From Takakia lepidozioides (Eukaryota; Plantae; Bryophyta): a stretch of DNA of 64,000 bases. A model generated the notes under the pieces. That model ran no database searches. It saw nothing but the letters and a program-made list of their open reading frames with translations, and was not told the origin of the DNA. The stretch is taken from contig CM060733.1 in the NCBI GenBank assembly GCA_030704615.1, forward strand, positions 22,568,001 through 22,632,000, in the 5' to 3' direction. Below, in pieces: positions 48,901 to 59,550 of this stretch; positions within the stretch are counted from its first letter, which is position 1; each line of letters starts with the position of its first letter. The position numbers and the translations under genes are program-made.

Positions 48901-51900
48901 ATGAACCGCATGACATGGTGGTTTCAGGTACTTTCCGACGCTTCATTTGGGGCGTCTACTCTTGTATCGGATGGATTTATTGTATTTTTTGAGGAAAACG
49001 GTTTGAGGGAGAATCTCCACAGGTGACGACGAATGCGCAAGAGCAGCTTGACACACAAGCACATCAGTTCAAGCTGGAGATTTCCGGTGAAGCTGAGAGC
49101 CTACGCGACTATGTGACGAGGTACTTTCTGCTCTACAAAACCGACCTATTCTTTCGAGAGATACCCCATGCCCGCCGAAGCCACGAGTTCACCGACCAGC
49201 CGAACGCGGACAAAGCAGCAATGCGCCTTCTGTACAGGTACATACGCTGTGCCTTTCTTTTTAGTCCTAACATTTCCAACATGTAAGAGGCCCTATGTGG
49301 CGCATGAAAATTAGCTGTGGTCCCAGGAAAAATGGCGCCGAATTTCCGAATTCGGGCCCTGGGGGATGGCTGTCCAGGGGGTGCCTGGCACTCAGTCCGG
49401 AAATTCGGCGCCATTTTTCCAGTTACAGTCAGATCTGGGACTTAGCCATTCTCGGCCCCAACCTGGGAAAATGGCGCCAAATTTCCAGTTGAGGGCTCCA
49501 AAAATGGCTAGGTCCTTGGGGTGGCTGGCACCGAATCCGGAAATTCGGCGCCATTTATCCAGATCAGGGCAAAGTCAGTTCTGGGACTAAGCCATTTTTG
49601 GGCCCAACCTGGGAAAATGGCGCCGAATATCCAGTGCAGGGCCCCGAAAATGGCGAAGTCCCTACAGTGGCAGGCACCGAAACCGGAAATTCGGCGCCAT
49701 TTTTCCAGTTCCGGGCCCAGTCAGTTCTGGGACTTCACCATTTTCGGGCCCAACCTGGGAAAATGGCGCCGAATATCCAGTGCAGGGCCCCGAAAATGGC
49801 TAAGTCCCTATAGTGGCAGGCACCGAAACCGGAAATTCGGCGCCATTTTTCCAGTTTTGGGCCTAGTCAGTTTTGGGACTTAGCCATTTTCAGGCCCAAC
49901 CAGGGAAAATGGCGCCGAATTTCCAGTGAACGGCCCTGAAAATGGCTAAGTCCCTTTAGAGGCAGGCACCGAAACAGGAAATTCGGCGCCATTTTTCCAG
50001 TTCCGGGCCCAATCAGTTCTGGGACTTAGCCATTTTCGGCCCCAATCTGGAAAAATGGCGCCGAATTTCCAGTTCCTGGCCTAGTCATTTTCATTCCCTA
50101 AAATTTACCTCGTTCCCAGGACCTCATTCTGTGTGTTTCTTGAATGCAGGTACTGCAAGTTCTCCTTTTTGGAGAAAGGACATCTGTCCTTCAAGCCGCC
50201 ATTCTTCCTCGCATGGAGGAACCCTTGGGGCGGACTCCATGTACACTGACGTTATCATGAAGGAGTGGCATCTGGAACATTTGCGCGACTGGCCTTGGTA
50301 TGTGGACCTTCCACCCGGCTCGCTCGACCCATCCGAGATTCAATTGAAGCTGGATGTTGAGGCTCGACGAAACTGGGCTCCGCTGCCTCCGCTGGGTCCA
50401 AAGGAGGTGAGAGCGCTTGCCCAGTCCAGGAAAGCGGCAGAGCTTGCTCAGGCAGGTATTCAAGAGAAATTGAATGAGAAGAATAAAGGACAAAAGAAAA
50501 GGACACAGAAACAGGGGAGTACAGTAACCCCCAAAAAACAGAAAACCACCGGGGCACCAGAGGAGGCGCAGGAGGGGCCCCAAGGGAGTGACTCCGACAA
50601 CAACTTTGTGCAAGGTCCTGTGACTGCTGCTGCTGCTACCAAGTCACCGGTCATCCGGGTTCCCAAGTCAGTTCGGTCTGGGACTGGCTCTGCCAAGAAG
50701 TTGGCATTTGAGGGCGAGCCTACACGGCGGTATTCGGCGGTGACGTTTCCGAAGAGGCCAAAGCTAGAACCCCCAACCATTATCCAATGTGTCAATGAGA
50801 GCTTCCTTGATGCTCTGGCTGCCAAGGCGAAGAAGGTGGCACACAGCAAGTCTGTGGAGGAGCAGAAGGGGAAAGCCAAGAAGAGGGCTCCCAGTACAGA
50901 GCCTAAAGACACCCCTGGTTTCGAATCCATGATGGAATTCTTCACGGCTGTGAGCACGGATTGCAAGAGTACTCGGGGTGGGGTTGAGGTGGAGAGAGCC
51001 TGCAATATGATTCTCCTCGATATTCCAGATGGGGAGCTGCTGGAGGGCCTCGATGGTGTGCCCACCTTGAACAGGTTTACTGAGGACTACTGGAGAGCCG
51101 GGTTTGGGCTGACGGGGATGCTCCTGGATGACGGTGGAGGTATGGTGGTCTTTGCCACAAGAGGGAAGACCACAGACAATGTTGTGGCAAGGTGGACACC
51201 AAAAAGTGTCACCCCGGTCCTCCTCAAAAAATGGTTCTACATCAATACACAGGGGTTGCGAACAGAGGGCCAGAGTGTAAGTTATCAATCTATTGCATTC
51301 ACTTCATATTGTGGTGTATCTGAACTAGACCCTGGAGTTGATCCCTCTTTTGTTGGATGTGCAGACATTGGTGTTTGAGGCATATTGTTTTGTGAAGAGA
51401 AGGTCTACGTTCAAATTCCGCAACGACGGTCATCTTGTTGATGCCGCTGTGGACCCTGTTACCTACGATGTCCTCTAGAACTATGTGCCCCACTCTAGTA
51501 TGCCGAAGGACACAAAGACAGGCAAACCGTGGCGGTATAGCCGGACCCGGAGTCCTGCTTTCATCCAAACCCTCATGGAGACGTGCTCGGATGTCCAAGG
51601 GCGGATTCTTGACCTCACATGCGGCACGGGTAAGCCTTCACGTGCACTGTTTGTCCCCTGGCCCGATTGCAATTGCTTGCCGCATGCTACTAACCGCCCG
51701 CTTTGTCCCTCAGGTGCCTCAATGTGGGCAGGGACGTTGTCCGACAGGCATGTCTTCGCCTTCGAGCCAGATACTGCCCTTCACAACTCCGAACTTGCAA
51801 CGGCTGAACGTCTGCCGAAAGAGGAAGAGGCATCCTCGGAGGATGAGGAAGAATTCGACAAGGAGCAGGGGGAGGTATAAGTTGGGATCGAGGCCGAGGA

Positions 51901-52515
51901 GCCCCCGGTTTACGAGTGAGTGGTCGCATTGTAAGTTGCCTCCTGATTTCGTGAGGCACCTCCCTTCGCTCTCTTATTTCATTGAAAGACCCTTTTTTGC
52001 TTCTGCTGGTATTGACATTCTTAAAGTGGATTTGTTCTTACTGCAGGATGCCAAGTACTGCAGGAGGGACGTCTACACCGTAGTTCATGGGCAGGAGGAA
52101 CGTGCCTTTTTTTGCCAGGGGGGATTTCATGCCTAGTCCAGAAAGGGACTACATCCTTCCTACTTATGCTGCCCGGCTTGCTTCGGTGTCCATTAGGAGG
52201 TCTTCCGAACCTAGTCGAGTACAGCAGATTTAAGACGAGGCAAGCCTCAAGAAAATGAAGATGAGGGAGGAGGCAACAGCTATTAGAGCCCGTCAGGCTC
52301 GTAGATTTGTCTTGGATTCTGCTGAGGAAAGTGGGGGAGAAGAGGCAGAAGATTCCTAGGAGGTGAGGTGGACAGTCCCCCAAGGAGAGGACGGAATTTT
52401 TGAGAGGCATAGTGGAACTGATGCATCACAGAGCTCGGAGGATGGGGGGGATGGGGGGGATGAGGGGGATGAGGAGGAAGGCGGGGCAAGTTCCTTGGAG
52501 GGTGTAGGAGAGTAG
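45934..52515 (+). pseudogene. Multi-exon ParB-like + beta-class DNA amino-methyltransferase-like gene, copy 2
   Basis: Inferred introns include 46114-46551 (GC-AG, in frame), 48020-48140, ~49238-50149, ~51277-51364, 51630-51713 and one ending at 52046. Motifs: WDDNHR (~47865), NMILLDIPDG (~51005-51033), ILDLTCGTG|ASMWAGTLSDRHVFAFEPD. Several stops and frameshifts. Confidence 0.8.
49320..50090. repeat. Intronic array (~149-bp unit with two GGCGCC-centred palindromes)
   Basis: Alternating GGAAAATGGCGCCGAAT and GGAAATTCGGCGCCATTTTTCC. Confidence 0.9.
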
Positions 52516-52696
52516 CACCCATTCCGGCTATGACAGTTACGACACACTTGTATAGATGTGGCTTGCCACAAAATTTGCAATAAAATGTTGCATTTCATTG
52601 CTATGACGAGTCCACTGGTGCCAAATTCCAACTTCATATGACCCTATTTCCGTGCCTCCTAACCCTATTTCCGTGGACACACAATGGTCCGCTCAT

Positions 52697-53196
52697 NNNN
52701 NNNNNNNNNNNNNNNNNNNNNNNNNNNNNNNNNNNNNNNNNNNNNNNNNNNNNNNNNNNNNNNNNNNNNNNNNNNNNNNNNNNNNNNNNNNNNNNNNNNN
52801 NNNNNNNNNNNNNNNNNNNNNNNNNNNNNNNNNNNNNNNNNNNNNNNNNNNNNNNNNNNNNNNNNNNNNNNNNNNNNNNNNNNNNNNNNNNNNNNNNNNN
52901 NNNNNNNNNNNNNNNNNNNNNNNNNNNNNNNNNNNNNNNNNNNNNNNNNNNNNNNNNNNNNNNNNNNNNNNNNNNNNNNNNNNNNNNNNNNNNNNNNNNN
53001 NNNNNNNNNNNNNNNNNNNNNNNNNNNNNNNNNNNNNNNNNNNNNNNNNNNNNNNNNNNNNNNNNNNNNNNNNNNNNNNNNNNNNNNNNNNNNNNNNNNN
53101 NNNNNNNNNNNNNNNNNNNNNNNNNNNNNNNNNNNNNNNNNNNNNNNNNNNNNNNNNNNNNNNNNNNNNNNNNNNNNNNNNNNNNNNNNNNNNNNN
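52697..53196. other. Assembly gap (500 N)
   Basis: N run. Confidence 1.
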
Positions 53197-55210
53197 TGTC
53201 ATGTCCATCAATGATACCACATCATACATGACAAGGTCACTGGTTGGCTCATGTGACCTGCGATTCGTCTTCGGCACTCAGCCGAAAGTCTCCATTACAC
53301 TGGAAGAGCGGAGTGATCTGCACGTATATAGTTTTCCCGGGTGCCGTCCTCCCTGGTCCACTGGCAGCAGTTCCAGCGCCAAAGCGAGGCCGTGCGTGAT
53401 CTGTCCGGATCCCATTCCAGTTGGTATATAGAGGTCAACAATTTTCAGGACCCACGGACCGCATTGACCCTCGCCCTCACATCGCTCAAAGCGGTAATAG
53501 CCCTCCAGATACTCCATTGCGCGCAAAGACTCTGGCTTGATTCCAGCAGCGTCTGTGAAAACAGAGAGCCAGACAATGATGTCTCCTGATTCTGGTTTGA
53601 ACATAGCATAATCGTGGCCATGATAAGGGCAGTCGGCTGGATTTCGGGGGGCACGACATCCTTGAAAAAGAGTAGCGGAGTACGCTCAATGACAGCAGCT
53701 CCTGGATGGAGGAGGAAGCAGCGCGGTGGCTGGAAAAGTTCAAGCTAACGCTGCAATTCATCACAAACACTCCAGGGCACATTTAAATTCCCCCCTACAG
53801 GATCCTGGACCGATGAAGATTGGCTGCTTCCTGAATGTGTAGCCGTTTCAGTTTCCTACCCTGCCATTGCAAACTATGGGCACTCACTGCCAGGTGGGCC
53901 GATAGCCACTGACACGACGAAGTCCATCCGCTCTTCGATGTAAATGCGGCGCCGAGATTTCCATCCGGGGGATGGACTTCGGTGACAGATCTCAAACATA
54001 ACTTCTTGATGAGAAAGGGTCTGGGTTCATCCACTCCGTCGGTGGGTACGTGGACCCAGATGCTCCATTATTGGAGGCCGGACTGCTCTTCCGCTTCGCA
54101 TCATTTCCAAAATCTAAGGGCTTCGTAGCTGTCCGCAAGGTCCATGTCATCTGCATCCAAGTCGTCCTCAGGTCCTCCTTTGCAAGGATGCCGTGGCTTC
54201 CGGAACCGGGACGACTGCCCATTTGGAGGCATCGATTATGCAATGTATTCGGCCACATCGGGAGACATTGTTATCTGGTAACAGATTACACAGAAGATCT
54301 GGTTCGATTGTGAGGAAACATTGTGGCTTTTGAGTATATCGTAGGCCACTACGCCTTCGAGCGGGGGTGACGATCTTGGTCTGAGGAGTCCGTGGCTCCT
54401 GCGCATCTCGATTCCGATTTTCCCAGCTACGACGGTCACCCATGCAGAAGAAGGCGCACTGCTATGCTGTTGCGGTGGAACTGCTGCCACTGGACGTGGG
54501 TGGCTCCATCGGAGAGACCTATTCTCCTCAAGGATGGTGCGCTCTCTTCCCCTGTATGGGGACATTCGCATTGGTGTGGGACGACGAAAACGTGAAGATT
54601 CCATATTCGATGGTGGTATGATTGAAGGGCAGGGACATTGTGGTGAACATCACTAGGGGCGGTACAAACGGCTGCAATCGACTTTACATGGAGGAGCCCC
54701 ATGACTCATGAGCTAGTTCTGAGAGCAGTCGAAGTCCCATTGACAACGTGACTTGTATTCAGTAGGCAAGGGCTAAAGATTTGATGGCACAATCAGCACA
54801 GTAGACGTGCTTCAAATGCAATTCATGTGGATCAATAAAAACCTCATTGTGCCCTCTTTTTATTCTATTCTGTGTCCATCGTTCCCAGAATGCGTCATTG
54901 CTCATTTCGTTTGGGATTGGGAGTGTGGGTGGATTTTGCAAGTGGCTGGTAGGCTGAAATGGGGCCCCCATTGTACAGAGCAGTAACCACCCTACCATTC
55001 GCGAAACATTGCCTTTCAATATATAATTCTAAATAACATTGCCGAACCTCCTTCATCGGGAGGTCCTTCTCCCCTATGACCATGGCACCCTAAACCTATT
55101 CCCGCGGACACTCATTTCCGGAAAATGTGCTGCTCATGTTTTTCCACACTTACGACTCTGCTCATGGCTCATGCCGCTCATGGCTCATGGCTCATGAAAT
55201 AGCAGCCCCC
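53197..55210. mobile_element. Family B-related element end with different internal cargo; TIR at 55190-55210
   Basis: Exact TIR, subterminal GCTCATG repeats, and a CCCTAAACCTATTCCCG motif similar to the copy 1 subterminus. The internal sequence is not the MTase gene. Confidence 0.7.
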
Positions 55211-56343
55211 CACTCAAGCAGAAAGTCCAGGTCCATGATGCGCAGGAACCACCTGCTCCCCAGCCGGGGGCCAGGAGAATTGTGCAATCCTGGAAGAAAC
55301 TCCATTGCTCTCAGCTGGACAAGTCAAGGATCACCTGTAAACATCTAGGAAGACAATGATGTCGTTTGCTTTCGGGACAATGACTCCCCGTCTGGCGTCG
55401 ATAGATGTGATTCGGGCACGACATGGCCTCACGACACACAAGAACTCAGAGCAGGGAGGAGATGGGCACAACAGAGAAGAGTGAAGAGCAAAATGAGAGT
55501 GAGGCCGGCGGAAGAGGGATATATCATTGCTGCACTGCCAATGTCGTATGCGGCAGAACTTCTATTTCCTTCGTCATGTGTGCTTTTATTAGACAAATCC
55601 GCACCAGTTTCAGGAGAGTTTGCAAAACTCCCTCACCGTAAGGCGGGTATTTGCTCTCCGGAGCCCAATTCGGCACCGTTATGGTTGCACTCCCCAGCCT
55701 TCAGCCGAGTATTTGGTTTCCAGACCCCAATTTCGGCGCCGTTATCGGCTGCAATTCCGGTGGCTTCAGCCGAGTATTTGGTTTCAAGGGCCCAATTTTT
55801 GGCGCCGTTATTGGCTGGCACTCTGGAGGCTTCAGCCGGGTATTTGGTTGGTGGAGCCCCAATTTCGGCACCGTTATTGGCTTCACTCCCGAGCCTTCAG
55901 CCGGCTATTTCTTTTCTTGTGCCCAATTACGGCGCCGTTATACCCAACCATCCTGCACTTCTGCAACAGTATTATCCACGGTTATTGCGTTTTCGGAGTC
56001 TGCAAACCCGGATCCTAATTCCGCTTGCGTCTTCCTCTGGGATAATTTCGGTGCCATATTGCCCAGAATTCAGTTTTTCTATGACTGGGCCTAGCGGTCC
56101 ATGAGCTTGGGCTCCAAGTCATGAGGGACACTGGTACTTATGAGCGGAAGAGTGCTTCCAGCATGAGCGCGGAAATCTTCGAAAACCTTCTCTTCTTATA
56201 CTACTTTCGATTATTTTATAGTTTTGGGTCTGAAAAAAATCTGCCGAAATTCGAAGTGTGTTACTTTGCGGCTCATGGGTGAGCCATGCCCGCTCATGAG
56301 CTCATGAACTCATGGCTCATGAGCTCATGGAATAGCAACCCCC
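55211..56343 (-). mobile_element. Another family B-related end (TIR GGGGGTTGCTATTCCATGAGC at 56323-56343) with a CCAATTTCGGCGCCGTTATTGG array at ~55660-55940
   Basis: TIR variant and CATGAGC subterminal repeats. Interrupts the DNMT-like ORF and is itself cut by the TIR at 55210. Confidence 0.72.
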
Positions 56344-56450
56344 CGTCGAACTCGTACACCTGCCTGCAGCACTTCAGCCAATCCAGTGCCGATCCCGCCA
56401 AACAAGTCCAGAAGGCATATGCCTTCATCCGGGCACTGCCACACAAGAGG
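56344..56450 (-). pseudogene. N-terminus of a DNMT3/DRM-like C5 cytosine methyltransferase inside a retrotransposon polyprotein
   Basis: PDEGICLLDLFGGIGTGLAEVLQAGVRVRR aligns with motif I of DRM2 (GINVLSLFTGIGGGEVAL) and DNMT3A (IRVLSLFDGIATGLLVL). Only ~30 aa survive. Confidence 0.62.
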
Positions 56451-59400
56451 TTGTGGTGTCCAATGGCGACAACTGAGGGTGGTTCCTGGTGCAATCACCG
56501 CACTCTCCTCCTCTCCTGACGGTACAAAGGCCTCTACCCAGGCTTGTTGCACACGTCTATTAGCAGCCTACTGTAAATCCTTGCTCGTACCCCACAATGG
56601 AGTGTGAGCAACCATGGCAGACAACTCCGCCATACCATGCATGTCATCCTGCTCTGCTGGAGGTGACACATCCTCTGCATGGGCATTGCCCTCCAGCAAC
56701 TCTCCAGGCCAACTAACTGCAGCTGTGAAGGCTACTAGTGTAGGCATCTTGCCCCGCTGGGCAGCAGCAACACCCCCAATGAATGTCACAGGGAGCTGTA
56801 CACGACGACCATCCCCTGACTGCCATCCAGGCCTGTAGGATGCTGACTCCTCCCAAAAATCCAGGGTGAAGCCCATGGGATACAACACTACCCCACCAAC
56901 GATGACATCGTAAGAGACACGCGTCTGTCACAATGGCCTTGGCGCGCATCACTGAGCCATCTATAGGATGATCCGGCTGTAGTCTAATGGCCAACTCACG
57001 CCGTGTCATGCCCCGAGCCTGCTCTGATCCTCCTAGAGATGTATGTATCTGGAAGGGACAAGGCTTCATATCCGCCTCCATGAGGCCCAAACCTGCAATA
57101 GCGGCTCTGCCCAACATCAGTGGTTGAGCTCCCAAGTCCAACAAGACCCGCAGTGCCCGGTACCTCTTGCCTGCCGGTCCACTCAAAGAGAAAATGTCAT
57201 CCTGGTTGTCTAACAAGTCAACTCCAGGTGTCACCATGGCGCGCTCAAAGGCTGGCCTAACTGGCAGCTCCATCAACCTGGCAGCTGCAGCTTGTCATGG
57301 CGCAGCCGTGGCAGTCTTGACCCTCAAATCCGAGGATCCCTCTGCCACTACACCTTCCACTAACTCCGCAGAAGGTGAAGTAACCTCCCCACTCTCGTAG
57401 AGTGTTGCCGCTAGTCTGAATACTGCAGCTGGTCTTACCCCCGGCGTCGCAATCATGGTTGCCAAGAACAGTGGGGCTTGACACACAGAGGTGGCCGCCC
57501 CCAACAACACACTGACTGCACTAGCCTTGGCAGCAGGTGTCAGTGCTGCACATGTAGCTCTTCCCAATGGCACAATAACGGCCTCTGCTTTGGTATCCGT
57601 CGGGCGAGAACTAGGTGTCATGGATGTTGTCGACCCTATCTCCGCCAAGATGAATGATTGAGGCAACCTAGCCTGACGGCTTGCCTCCCCACGCTGTGGA
57701 TCCAACTCCACCTCTGCACCTCGTGGCTCAGGAACTCGTGTTGCTCCTCGAGTGACGGCTGCAACAGACTCCACTTGCACTAGTGGTAGTGCTGCCCCAC
57801 ACATAAATCCCATGCCTCTCATGTCTCCTCCGTCAGGATGACGCTGCTGAGGAGGAACAAGAGGTGGACCCTCAGGTCTTGGAGCTGGTACCACCTGAGC
57901 TGTGGCCATGGCAGCAAGCCTTTGCTTTAGCTGCTGAAGCCGGTTGGCCATGCCTTGGTCAACGTCTTGACCTCCACGTCCTTGGCCATACTGTGCTTGC
58001 CCTCATCCTACACCTCGTGCTTGACCACCTTGCCCTCGGTCACCATTGTTCCCTTGGAACTGGCCTCGCCGCAACTCAGGGTGCAAGTCATAACATTGTG
58101 CATCTCCATGCCCATACTTGCTACAATGCCCACACTGCAACTGTGCAGGCTGTGTTTGTGTCGGCCCTTTGCCACTCTCTGGGCAATCTTTCTTGACATG
58201 GGGTCCTCCACATGTCCAACATACAACCCCTAGTTGCTGTTGGCCTGCAAAAGATGCTACTGGCCTCTACACCTGAGGTCCCCTGTAAGCTCCATGGAAT
58301 TTGGGTTGGGCAACCTTGCCCCCCTGACCACGCTGTTGGGCAGTCCCTTGTGCTTGTTGGCTGGCACCTGTGCCTCATGCAGGCATGTCCTTGCCAAATC
58401 CAATGGTAACAACTCGCTTCTCCACCATGTTGAGCTCAATCCGCTCAGCCAGCAGAAACACATCTGCTAATGTGGTTGGGCCGCTTGTAACAGGTGCATC
58501 CCGCACCCTTCTCCTGAGCTCCTTGTCCAAAATTCCATACCAGAACTGGATTGCCTGAGCTTCAATAACCCCTTGGGTAACACTTATCAAGCACCTCATA
58601 CGAGTGTAGGCCTCTCGCAAGCTCTCACTGGATTTACGTTGGAAGTCTTGCAAACTTCGCAGCTTCTCTGTCCGTACGCCTTGGTAGTTCCTCCGCAACT
58701 CCTGGAAGAACTCCACCACGGGGTTGAATCTAGGTACATGTGTTGTAGTTGTGGCAGGAGGAGTAGTAGCACCTTTTGAACTGGTACCACCTGCAGAAGT
58801 ACCGGCACTACTTGTTCCACTACTAGTGATGGCAGTGGGAGATATTGGTGCTGATGCAGCTACTGGTCGCGTCGTGCCTCGAGTAATGGAGACGTAGTCA
58901 GGTGACCAATACATCATCCACTCCTCAATCTCTGCTTCATGTCCTCGCCTAAACTTGTGGTAATCGTCCATAGGCGGGCCTTCCAAATGCTGGAACAATC
59001 CCTTCCACGCCATGAATGGGGTGAACAGTTGTGGATTGCGCATCTGTTGCAAATCACACCAGCTGTCAAACTCCTGGCTAAAGTCATCCAGCTCAATTAT
59101 GCCCACAGCTCCAGAGTACCTACGAGGCCCCTTGGTAGCTCCATACATCTCCTCCATGTCGTCCCACAACAATGACGAATGAAACTACACACATGTTGAT
59201 GAAGCCTTCGAGTCTGTGTCAGACTTTGCACTAGTTGAGGGTGGAGGTGAAGGTGGTCTGAACCGAACACCTTGTCTTGTGAACCCACTCTCACTGCTAC
59301 TGCCTGTAGCCGTACTCCCCTCAAAACCCTTGGGTAACTTCGTGATGACACTCACAACCCGCACCTCCCCCACGTGATACTATAAGGCTCTAGTACTAAT

Positions 59401-59550
59401 TCTAATAGTGACACGGGTGAGCACCTGTTGCGGATTAAAGGTCATATCCCAGTGGCTAAGGGCACCTGCACCTGCATCCACTGCAAGAACTCCTATGGTT
59501 GGCTGGTCATCAACCCAGCCTCACCATAGAAGAAACACTGGTGGTCTTGC
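56344..59550 (-). mobile_element. Family C retrotransposon copy P (gag, zinc knuckles, protease, DNMT-like start), degenerate
   Basis: Gag-like FQRKSSESLREAYTRM, Cys/His knuckles, RVLLD(S/L)GAQPLMLG and DVIVGG protease flap. Contains stops and frameshifts. Confidence 0.82.

Larger units (their letters stand above)
44133..52696 (+). mobile_element. Family B TIR DNA transposon copy 2 (divergent transposase-like and ParB-MTase genes; terminal TIR falls in the gap)
   Basis: Homology to 3595-14170. Sequence just before the gap matches the subterminal region of copy 1. Confidence 0.82.

Noticed and set aside
3531-55210. One giant 52-kb transposon bounded by the exact TIR pair
   Set aside because: The flanks (TGGCTGTACA vs CACTCAAGCA) share no TSD, the interrupted pol does not resume after 55210, and 55210 lies inside the inferred inversion.
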